A stretch of DNA of 43,812 nucleotides from Welwitschia mirabilis (Eukaryota), in assembly GCA_051453625.1 (NCBI GenBank), contig JBOZIK010000001.1, forward strand, positions 346,883 through 390,694, in the 5' to 3' direction. How positions within the stretch are numbered: position 1 is the stretch's first letter; the number at the start of each line of letters is the position of its first letter. Made by a program: the position numbers and the translations under genes. Under the pieces are notes generated by a model. It did no database searches and was not told the DNA's origin. It worked only from the letters and a program-made list of their open reading frames with translations. Shown piece by piece: positions 13,212 through 24,154 of the stretch.

Positions 13212-14565
13212 TGATAAGCCAAGGGCATACTAATAAAATTACCTTGGCTCATTCTACTACATTAGTACAATGAATCAGATTTAAAGCTAAGTTTACACTT
13301 AGCTATCATTCTTCCTCAAGTATAATATTGGTTTGGGTACAGAATTACACTAACTAAAATTTAATAAATTTATAGGTTTTAAGAAAAGGAATAAGAAAAA
13401 GAGATGGTTCTTAGAATTAGGTTTGAACTTCATCTTGAGAAAGAAGGAAAGCAAACTAGCTCAAAGGTATTATCAGTTCATCCTTAAGCAATCTTTTAAT
13501 CTAATGTTATTCAATCATCTTCTTGCAAAATACTTAAAACCATAAAGTTCTTTTAGTTTAAGTCATAAGGCATAATCTCATTCACCATCTGATATATGAT
13601 GACTCTAATGATTCTTTAGTCTTAAAATAATAATAGAAAGGAAGGACTCCTAAAGTGCTTAAGATCTATGAAATTAAAAGACTTAGGCTAAGTTATTAAA
13701 AGAAATTCACATAAATAAAATAAACTTAATGATTAAAGTAGTTATCTAAGCATTCCAATTTACTCATGAATTAAAATCAAAGAAAAATAATTTAATGTAT
13801 AGCAAAAAAAAAAAAAAAAAAACTTTACAGCAGAGAAAGAAATAATCAAAAAGAAAACCTCAACAATCCTCAAAGAGTAGCTTACTTCCCCAAAGAATCA
13901 CTTAGAAAGCCATCACAAGTCAATGCTCCAAGATTCTAAAATTCTCCAAGGCAAAGATAATACAATGAAGGGTTTTAAGGCCATTTTACAGGGAGAAATA
14001 GGAGAGAGAAGGCTTGTAACATTAGATGGAAGGTTATAGATTATAACATTAGGTAGGATGATTTGTCTTCTTTTCCATTTGGTGAAAATGCCTATGCAAT
14101 GCCAACACTTGGCTCTAAGGTGCTACAGCTACTGTCAACCACTCTTTATGTCATGTGTCTCCACCATCATCCTGCTTATCCATACCATATGTCATGTTGT
14201 AAATCCTTGTCATCATCGCCATGTGTCATCAAGAATGCAATTGATTTTTGATGCAGAACTTAATCAAGCGCATAATTGCATTTTATCCAATTTTTCATGA
14301 TAAGCAGGAACATGAGTTTGAAGGTAGTCTACACAAAAAGGCCAACATGACGGCACTAACGTTTTGACTCTGATAATTGTGAGATTAAGGAATGTCCTTC
14401 AATTAAGCATAAGTTTCCTGAAAATGTCATGGAAAAATAGTTAAATGTATANNNNNNNNNNGTCGAAAGCATGTTTTTATGGTAAAATTAGTTATATTAA
14501 TATCTTCTATTAAGGTTAATTAATCATTTAAACTTGATCGTAATGTCAATTTTTATATGTTAACG
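13212..14565 (-). repeat. 5' LTR of the Athila-like element (left boundary approximate)
   Basis: Homologous to 7057-7993. The left part (13240-13330) is the reverse complement of the LTR 3' regions at ~15230-15300 and ~26740-26800. The minus-strand end is probably ...GGCTTATCA at 13212. Confidence 0.65.
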
Positions 14566-15491
14566 GCTGTCATAAGAATCGTTTCCAAGTATAAAGGAAG
14601 ACAAACCTTTCTATCTAAATATTATCATTATGTAACTGTGGCAGTGATGGGTGGTTATAAGTCTTTCTCCCTATAAAAGGGACTGAAACCCTGAGGATTG
14701 TTAAGAAGTTCTTCTATCATCTTTCTTCCATTGTTGTAAAAGTGCTTTTATTTTCGTAATACATAAGTTGTTTGCCTTTTATTTCAAATCATAAGTAATT
14801 TTGTATTTGGAATGTTTAGGAAGCAACCTAACTATTAAAGATTTATGATATTTGAGTGAGCTCTTGTAATACTTAATCTAAGCCTTTTAACTTTACAGAT
14901 TTTAAGTGCTTGGGTCCTTACTTTCTATTATTCTTTAAGGCTTAGAAGATTAAGTGGTAACTGAGTTTACCATTACTCATGTGGTGAATGAGATTATGTC
15001 ATCATGATTTAAGCCAAAATAGTTTATGGTTTTAAGTGTGTTGTAGGAAGGCATTGGTAACATTAGAGTGAAGGATTGCTTGAGAGTGAATCAATGATAC
15101 ATTAGAGCTAGCTTGCTTCCCTCTTTCTTAGGTTAAAGTTCAAAATAAAACTTTAAAATTACCTCTTGTCTTCTTTTCTTTTCTTGAAATTTGTTCTTGC
15201 ATTAAGTTTAAGTTAGTGCAATTTTAAACCAATACCCATGTTATCCCTGAGAAAGAATGATAACTAAGTGCAAACTTAGTTTTAAATCCAAAGATTGTAA
15301 AATAATGAACACACATATTTGTCACAAAGTTTATAATTTTGATGTCTTAATTTCATAAAATTGGTCATAACTTTTTTAAAGTTTTATCACCTTTTACACT
15401 TGTACACTTTGACTCAAATAATTTTTCCATACTTAATCATTTCATTATTAACTTTTTGCTAAAGGTCTAGTAAAGGTTTAGTTAGGGGGTA
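14566..15491 (+). mobile_element. Older plus-strand LTR 3' half (14566-~15313) and short internal/PPT remnant of the same Athila-like family
   Basis: Begins mid-LTR (GCTGTCATAAG...GAAGACAAA) and has CCTATAAAAGGG. Similar to 25976-26839 and to the reverse complement of 13240-14080. 15330-15491 resembles the reverse complement of ~7995-8150 and ends in PPT-like GTTAGGGGGTA. Confidence 0.65.
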
Positions 15492-15998
15492 TGTTAACAT
15501 GTAAAAATTAGCATTCCAATCAAGTTAATGGACTAATTTATCTTAATGGAAGACATTAATATAATCGATTTTATCATAGAAACATGTCTATTATTATTTT
15601 GTTATAATAACTATGAACTTATCATTTCCCCATGATATTTTCAAGGTAATTATCACACTTTGAGGAACATTTCAAAACATGATCAACATCTAGCTTAAAA
15701 CATCAATGCCACTATACATGTCACTTGGTGTCATCGGTCCTTTTGTGCAAAACACATCAATTCTCATGTTCTTAACTTGTCATGTTTTTGTCAAATGCAG
15801 TTATTGGATTAATAAAATTTTTCTGTGTAAATAACTTGCATTTTTTACGGCATGTGGTAATGATGATAATGATGCATAGGAGTGACATGTGGCATTACTA
15901 AGTAGGATGACAGTGGAAACGCATGGTAGCAATAGTGGTTAGCAGAAGCAGCAACATCCACAAGCCAAGTATTGGCCTCATCTTAATGGTCTCTACCT
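15492..15998 (+). repeat. Athila-family LTR, 5' part (interrupted by the CACTA element)
   Basis: Starts TGTTAACATGTAAAAATTAGCATT right after the PPT-like tract and matches the reverse complement of ~7500-7993. Confidence 0.75.
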
Positions 15999-16014
15999 CA
16001 CGACTAGAGATATA

Positions 16015-16205
16015 GGCTTTTAAGAAATTTCGAAAATGCCTTAAAAGGCCTTAAAAAATGTCTTAAAAGCTTTTAAGGCATTTCTTTACAAAATGCCCTA
16101 AAAGGAGTCTCTTAAGGCATTTTTATACAAACAACTTTAAAAGTGGCTTTTAAAAATGCCTTAAAAAGTGCTTTTAAGGTGTTTCTATAAAAGCACCTTA
16201 AAAAT
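16015..16205. repeat. CACTA left subterminal repeat array
   Basis: Repeated AAATG(C/T)CTTAAAA and inverted TTTTAAGGCATTT units in head-to-head and tail-to-tail arrangement. Decayed equivalents at ~25845-25955. Confidence 0.8.
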
Positions 16206-17561
16206 GGCTCTTCTTGAAAGGTATAACTTGGATTTAAAAAAAAGTTCCATTAGGAATGTGCCTTTTGCATAGATTTATCCTAATGAAGCACTTAAGGATG
16301 ACATTCTAAGAAGCTTAGTACAACATTAGACCTTTTAATATGCATAGAATAAAAATAATGGCATTAGAAAAGATTCTGAGAGAAAGAAGCGAAATATACA
16401 AAGATATAATAAAAAATAGGTGTTGTGTTTAAAATTGGCCATAGAAATTTGTTCTAGGTGAGATAGGTATGCTCTTATCATAAGCTATATATATTCATTT
16501 TAATGCTCTTTGCAAATACTATATGGTGTAGTATTCCTTAATATTCTATAATATGCGCTATTCTTCCAATTTTCAAAATTTTACTCTCATCTGCAATGAA
16601 GAAGAACCAATTTCAATATAATGTATAGTTATTATTAGTTTTAAGATTCCTATCATCTAATTTGAAATGAAAACTCAAGAAACGGAATGAGATAGTTTTG
16701 GGATATCTTCTATATCCAAACTACTTATAAATGAGTATTGTAATATGCTACTTTAAGATGTATTTGTCACCATTGCTATATTTGTTACTGAAATAAACCA
16801 AATAAAATGAAATAAGATCTAAGGGTGAGGATAAACAATACAATGAAATTTGAATCTCGTAGAAAGTTTCCTTTTAAGCAACAGACATATTTACATTCTG
16901 TAACGTGATCTTAAGAAAACAAAAATAACTTGCTTCATTTTAAGTATGTGTTAGCTTGATATCCTAGTTTCTGGAAATTACAAAAATGCTCTATTAAAAG
17001 ATCAAATACAAAGTAAGACAATCTCCAGTTACAGCAAAAGAAAAGAAATACATAGAAAGTATCAACCTTCCTAATTTCCAAAAACATCATAGCTCTTTTC
17101 CCATGAGAGATAGCATAGAAAGGTATGCAATTACTCACTAATTAATAAAATAACTTCAGGATTCTTAATAATTTAGGAATATATTGTTTTAGTGGTCTAA
17201 TTCAACCAGACAGGGTAGTCTAGGCATGCTTTACTATGATTAAGATTCCTTCGGTCTAAGAAGGATCTTACCCAACCTAGTATGTGAATAAGGAATTTTG
17301 TTTGAGAATACTAGCATGACTAATTAATGAGAAGGATCCTATGATATCCTAATATCTTTTTTAAAACTTAAAATCCTAGCCATTTNNNNNNNNNNNNNNN
17401 NNNNNNNNNNNNNNNNNNNNNNNNNNNNNNNNNNNNNNNNNNNNNNNNNNNNNNNNNNNNNNNNNNNNNNNNNNNNNNNNNNNNNTTTAAAACTTAAAAT
17501 CCTAGCCATTTAGATCTCATAACTTGTTGTTCAACACAAAATAGGACATCGCCTAAATCAC

Positions 17562-18136
17562 CTGATCAAATGATGGCCAAGGTCTTCCTCTACCAAAATT
17601 GAACAATGTCCAAGTAGCATTTCTCAACATTGACAGTTTTGCATGTTCATTAAGTTATGCAAGCAAAGAAAAAAGAGCATTATGACTAAGAACCAGGTCT
17701 TTGCACTTTGGAGAATCACTAGCAACATTGCTCAATGCCCAAATAACCTAAAAAATATTGTTAACTCATAAATTAATTTTAGAAACATTAAGAATACAAG
17801 ATCTTGGCATCGCAACATCTAAACTAAAATATTACCTATTCATAAACATCATCACTAGAAGAACCTAACAATGGTATGGAAATTGGAACGACCCCATGAT
17901 CGATCATGACTTTTTTATGAACTAACATTTCTGAATCTATATTTGTTAAGGCTGATGCTATTACAAACTAAAATAATAGTTAAACAAAAAAAAAGAAATA
18001 ATAGCAAATGAAATAGTTCTAGCCTAACATTCATGACAAATCATAGAACACTTTCACCTGAACATTGGAAAGATCACTTTTGGTAAGAAACTGAACAAAA
18101 TGTAAGAGATCACTTCTGGAAGATGCCTCTCTCTTT
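17562..18136 (-). pseudogene. Importin-alpha (karyopherin alpha) gene fragment, three exons with introns
   Basis: Exon ~18136-18058 (ER..PEVIS / HFVQFLTKSDLSNVQ, frameshifted); exon 17967-17836 (132 nt, FVIASALTNIDSEMLVHKKVMIDHGVVPISIPLLGSSSDDVYE*); exon 17747-17562 (186 nt, [61 protein letters not shown]). These match plant importin-alpha ARM repeats ([50 protein letters not shown]). GT-AG introns of 90 and 88 nt. Confidence 0.93.
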
Positions 18137-21100
18137 CCATGATAACCATTAAAAAAAGAGAAAAATAGAAACAAAAAAGCCTTAACTCGGGAGTATGACT
18201 GTTGTTTATAGAGTTTAACAGTTTACCACCGCACAGATAGAACAGAAACAATCACACGCGGTATCTTTTGGGGCATTTTTTAGCCTATGAGTGGTCATAA
18301 ATGAAGAGAGGGGAGATGTGGGAGCACCAAGTGTGTGGGGATTTTATGGAGCTTCAAGATCTGAGTCTTTTCGCACATTAATTGACCGTGGGTCACTCTT
18401 CTCTCATCCCCGTTTTATATCCATCATTGATGCTTCTTTCAGTTGTGCTGTCATGAATTTATAGCAGAAGTTCCTTCTGAACACAGATTTTAGCTCACTC
18501 AGAATTTTTACAGTTAAAGGGTGGTGAACGATCAGATGGGCATGGTAATGCGGGAAAGTGCACCGTTTTACGGACACACCAGACACGTCAATGAAGAAAA
18601 GCAGCATCAGAATCTGACCTGGAAAACTTCAGCATTGTTTATGTTCTCGGGAGTTGCAGGGAAGCTAGTTTTGGTCAGATCAGCTTCCATGATTCTACTT
18701 TTCTTCTGGTAGCAATTGGTTACCTCTCAGAACAACGATAACGCCACTCTCAGCAATAGTAGAAGAACTGGAAGGAGCTCAAAAAGGAGTTAAGTTTTTA
18801 TCGAGATGACAAAGTGCAGGGACAAAGTGCTGGTGACAATGCCCTATGACTTTCTGCACTGAAGAGACCATCAAGATGTAAGAGATCATATGTTCTTAAA
18901 TAGCTAGAGAATGCTTCACACCTTCTCAAGTCAATGAAAAGCTTCGGTTTCTCATCTGAGAATTAAACATATGCCATAGCTCTGTGGCTCTACATAAGAA
19001 ATTTCAATTCGTTTTCATAAGAGCTTACCAATCATTATAAGTACCAAGTAATCTCCTGTTAAACACCACATTCAAGGAGTTTAAGCCATAAGAAGAGACT
19101 ACATTCATAATCTACAAGGGGTGTAGCATAATAAACTAGCATAATGGTCATACTAGGATGACCTTTCTCTAAAGTGGAATCTCACCTTGGTTTGGGCTAT
19201 GTCTTCATTCATCTATGGAATGGTTTTGCAATATCTATTGTGAATCGGATTCAAAATTTGTAGGGGTGTAGCCTTCCTCTTGGAATGACTATGACTGTGA
19301 ACATCTCCAAACTGGAACTATTATTGCCACACTCATCTCATCCTCTCGTGCCCTGAATGTGCTTGAAGAATTACCAGTGGAATCGGATTCACGTTGCATC
19401 TCAATGTGGTTGCTTACTACCATCTCAAGGTCATTCATTGAAGCTCTTGTCCTTGTCATTGGCCAAATGGGTTATTTTGAGATGTAATGCATAGATGCCA
19501 CATTAAGAAAGTTTGTGCCTTGTATTTGAAGCATTCTAGAAAGAATTTTAAGTTCTAGAAGACTGATCAAATCATATATAGATAGGCCCATTTTCTCTAT
19601 TTCTTAGTTGAATCATAGTTTAAAGGCAACCGCTTACAATTTGACATGCAATACCAAGGATACACCATTTGTTGAAGACTATTATTTCTTTCTTGATCTA
19701 AAATGGGTGGAACAGAAAATACTAGTACCTAGTTACTTAATAGCAGAGACTGAATTTTTCAGCTTAATAAGGCATGAAGTAACTTTTACTCTAGTTCTAA
19801 ACTAGGTGCTAGCCATTACGAACATCTCGTAGAATCCATTTTTGTCAATTGTCTTTCCTTATAAGATTCTAAGTTTTTGACATTATGCAAGGCTAAATAA
19901 GATTTGTCGAATGGAAGTCATTCCCTTCTATTAGATTTTGTAAGTCTGTCACTTCTTTAATTAGCAGGCATTTTACTCGATCGATTATAGGTTTTTAGAA
20001 TATCAACAAAATTAATACCGAATTATATGACTACATAGAAACTATAATCCTTTTTGGACATGTTCTACTGAAGAAATTTATCATAGGGGATGTTAAATGG
20101 TTCGACTGAAGTAGACAAGTTACAACAAAAATTCTTTGCAAAGTAAACTCTTTCCTATAGAATGCCATTTTTATTTCTATTTAGGGATTGGATTAGTTAT
20201 TACTCTTAGACTAGAGATTTCTCTAGTTACAGATGTCATTATTTATGGGAAATATCACCCCTTATGTGAGGCTCCATCATCTTAAATGAGTATTTCAAAG
20301 GCTTGGCTAAAGTAGTTTTTTAGTTAGAACAGATGCTAAAAATTCTCTAAAGTAGAAACCTTTGAAATGTTTTTATGTAAATTCTTATCTGGGTAGAAAT
20401 TATAATAGGAATAATAGAAAAATATCCAAAACATTACATTGAGAGTGCTACAGAGTTTACAAAAAGTTTAAAACCTAAAAATAAAGGTACAAAGAGAAAT
20501 GCCTTCCCTAGTAAAGAATTCAATGATGATAAACTCCAACAAGATTGAACTACTAGGACTGATAGCCATTACTTGTCTGAACCATAGTTGAAGAAGAAGT
20601 AGATATTCCATTGAAGAATGACATATGGGAAGGGCCTCTTAGTGAAGCATCAAATGGAAATATAGAGGGGGATAATGCAACAGAGTTTCACCAATGTAAT
20701 CCCTTTCATGAAAATTATGAGCAAGGTACTCATCCAAATAAAAAATGATAAAATGAAGAATCAGATGATTCTTATGCTAGAAAGAGTTTTCCAAAACAAT
20801 CTCTTAAACACGGGCCTAGAGATGAATATTTTAATAAAACACACAACAGATATCACAACCAAAGTCAAGGATGACATTTTAACTAGTGGTATTAGTTTAG
20901 AAAATGGGGTCATCTTGGAATACTAACTTTAACAAGAACAAGGTTGTAACTTAAAGCAATGGGAAAATGACTTGTATGAGTGATAGGTCCTAGGATTAAG
21001 ATTATTTATGCAAATTTACTTAGTAAATCTAGATGAAAATGTGGAATAATGTGTGCTATTGCAACCTTAATATCACTGAACTTATCATAATATATTTTGT

Positions 21101-22722
21101 TTAAGGTGAGGGCTTGAAGGACCTAATTTACCTTAAAGTATCAAGAATATTTAATTTATTGTTCAAGTCATTGAAAATGACTTTCTTGTAGGAACTAATG
21201 CTTTTATAAGACTTTTTAAGATCATTTCTTCGAATAATAAAGTGCTTTATCAATTCATCTTAGCTAAATATATTCATAAAATACAAGATTTGAGGAGTTG
21301 GTAACATAAGAACAGTAGTAAACTAATGCTGGATAGCACTTATTTCTAAGGATTATTATATTCTAATACCTACCCAACAATAGATTTAGGAGCAAAATAA
21401 GATAAATATTACTTTTTCAAGTAAATATTAGTTCACAATAATTTTTAGCATGTAAACAAAGTAAAACAGCATTCTAACAGATAACTTCTCAGTTCTGTAA
21501 TATATAACAAATGCTAAAATGAAATCACAATACAAACATATTTTTTTTAGAAATATAATGCTTATACAATGATAAATAAATTAGCTACAAATAGTGTTTC
21601 CTTTGCAAGTCATAATTGAAATGAAGAAGAGTACTCCAATATTGATCCCAAGGCTTTCTATCATTCCTAGATGTTATGCAAAGTGTGCCAAAAAGATTTC
21701 ATAATGGTAACTCTAGGTCATATTTATACTAATCTTTAGGTAATTAGAGAGAGACAACAGTTGTACAAGAATGAATAACAGCTCCTCCTATATTAAGGGA
21801 GTAAATTACCACATGTTATGCATGAATTTAGAGCAGTTAGAACATTACCTCCATTTTCCCTGTGGCACTTGATTATAATGAGATCACTTTCCTTTCTTCT
21901 CATCTTTTTGTTTTTCATTAATAGTTGTTATGACACTTGTCATTATGCTCCATGGGTTTATAAACCTGCAAAACAATAATAGTATTTTCTTTAATTACTA
22001 AGTTATGCACTATAATCAATATGTAATCCTAAATTATAATTCTAAAGTAATGCCTAAATATGAAAGATAATTGCTATATCTACGTAAGCTAAATAGCAAT
22101 TCTATGTTTCTAACAGCTGACTATGCATAAAATCTATTATTCAAAATGTAAATTTTTGCCTCATCAATGAAGAACCCTCTCCAACAAAACTAAAGAAACA
22201 AGAAACTTACCAAGGAATGATCCCAAAATGGAAATTATTGAAAAAAGTGGAGATTTGCAAGGTAGAGACAATCAAGATAAGTACACAAACAACCAAGGTT
22301 ACTCTTACAATTTATCAAAGAAATGAAAACATTACAAGCAAGTTAGTGAAAATAGCATATATCTAACATCAGGTGAAGGACGATCACAAAGAAAGAAAAA
22401 GCAAATGTTAAACTCAAGTTCTGGGCAATTACCAAGGAGAGGCAAATTGAGATCTTATAGTTCTAACTCAAAAGCTAAATAGTATTCTCATCATACGAGG
22501 AGCATAAGCAGGCTTTACCATGAGGTGTAGCTACTGATTTCCATTTAGAATATGAAGGCCCTTTTAAAAAACAAAAAAAAAAAAAAGCAAAAAAAAAAAC
22601 CCAACTATTTGTCAACAGTAAAATCTTTATTAGTTTTGTTATCCCCTCCTTTCCATGGAAAAGTATCTATAGCCTAGTTGGAGCTCGAAAGATATGAATA
22701 GCATTAAATAAGTTAGGTCATA

Positions 22723-22890
22723 GTTTTTTCCCCTAAAGGTAATGATAAGTAGGTAATTTGTGTCACACAAATGCCCAATGCTACCTGGGCCTATGAAAAC
22801 TTTCCATTTTTTATGTTCCCTGTCAATGCGAGGGTTTGAACTCTAGACCTCTGGGTCCATGTGTCTGTGACCTTACCACTCTAGTAAGCT
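22723..22890 (-). mobile_element. tRNA-derived SINE (~170 bp) inside the CACTA element
   Basis: Minus strand has A-box-like CTTACTAGAGTGGTAAGG, B-box-like GAGTTCAAACC ~33 nt downstream, a short A tail, and flanking direct repeat GTCATA (22717-22722 and 22891-22896). Confidence 0.6.
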
Positions 22891-24058
22891 GTCATAAACA
22901 TCATCATTTAGTATTATAATCCCTTTACCGTTCTTCTCTTCCCTAAATAAGCCATGACAAATATTTCTCATTGAAATTTTTTTTACTACTCCTTTTATCA
23001 GCCTTCTCAATATATTTGATACCATTGTTAAACCATAAAATCATAAATTATCTAAAAACCTACCTTCTATGTTATAGAGAACCTCCCTTCCCACTTTGCA
23101 CAACATGAAACGCATTTCAATAAAGGATGAAAAGTATTCAAAATTGTATCTTATTTGTAGACTTATTTATTTATTTATTTATTTATTGAAGGAAATTTTT
23201 TCTTNNNNNNNNNNNNNNNNNNNNNNNNNNNNNNNNNNNNNNNNNNNNNNNNNNNNNNNNNNNNNNNNNNNNNNNNNNNNNNNNNNNNNNNNNNNNNNNN
23301 NNNNNNNNNNNNNNNNNNNNNNNNNNNNNNNNNNNNNNNNNNNNNNNNNNNNNNNNNNNNNNNNNNNNNNNNNNNNNNNNNNNNNNNNNNNNNNNNNNNN
23401 NNNNNNNNNNNNNNNNNNNNNNNNNNNNNNNNNNNNNNNNNNNNNNNNNNNNNNNNNNNNNNNNNNNNNNNNNNNNNNNNNNNNNNNNNNNNNNNNNNNN
23501 NNNNNNNNNNNNNNNNNNNNNNNNNNNNNNNNNNNNNNNNNNNNNNNNNNNNNNNNNNNNNNNNNNNNNNNNNNNNNNNNNNNNNNNNNNNNNNNNNNNN
23601 NNNNNNNNNNNNNNNNNNNNNNNNNNNNNNNNNNNNNNNNNNNNNNNNNNNNNNNNNNNNNNNNNNNNNNNNNNNNNNNNNNNNNNNNNNNNNNNNNNNN
23701 NNNNNNNNNNNNNNNNNNNNNNNNNNNNNNNNNNNNNNNNNNNNNNNNNNNNNNNNNNNNNNNNNNNNNNNNNNNNNNNNNNNNNNNNNNNNNNNNNNNN
23801 NNNNNNNNNNNNNNNNNNNNNNNNNNNNNNNNNNNNNNNNNNNNNNNNNNNNNNNNNNNNNNNNNNNNNNNNNNNNNNNNNNNNNNNNNNNNNNNNNNNN
23901 NNNNNNNNNNNNNNNNNNNNNNNNNNNNNNNNNNNNNNNNNNNNNNNNNNNNNNNNNNNNNTTGTAGACTTATTTATTTATTTATTTATTTATTGAAGGA
24001 AATTTTTTCTTAATATAGCTTCCATTCCTATTACACTAACATCTGAGAAGATTCAACC

Positions 24059-24154
24059 CACATTGATATACATTGATACACATTGCTAATTTCACACTAA
24101 ATTTGTTGATACACATTGATACACATTGCTAATTTCATATTAAATTTGTTGATA
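24059..24154. repeat. Short compound tandem repeat
   Basis: ACATTGATACACATTGCTAATTTCA(C/T)A(C/T)TAAATTTGTTGATA occurs twice, built on ~10-bp ACATTGATAC units. Confidence 0.75.

Larger units (their letters stand above)
7057..14565 (-). mobile_element. Ty3/gypsy Athila-like non-autonomous LTR element (gag and protease only)
   Basis: Two homologous LTR copies (7057-7993 vs ~13785-14565) sharing the terminus ...TAATGTCAATTTTTA(C/T)ATGTTAAC(A/G). Athila-type PPT-like junction next to 7993. Gag and protease motifs inside; no RT or INT motifs seen between the protease and the 3' LTR. Confidence 0.8.

Noticed and set aside
16015-16205. Regularly spaced repeats as a CRISPR-like array
   Set aside because: Eukaryotic context, mixed orientations and no unique spacers; explained as CACTA subterminal repeats.
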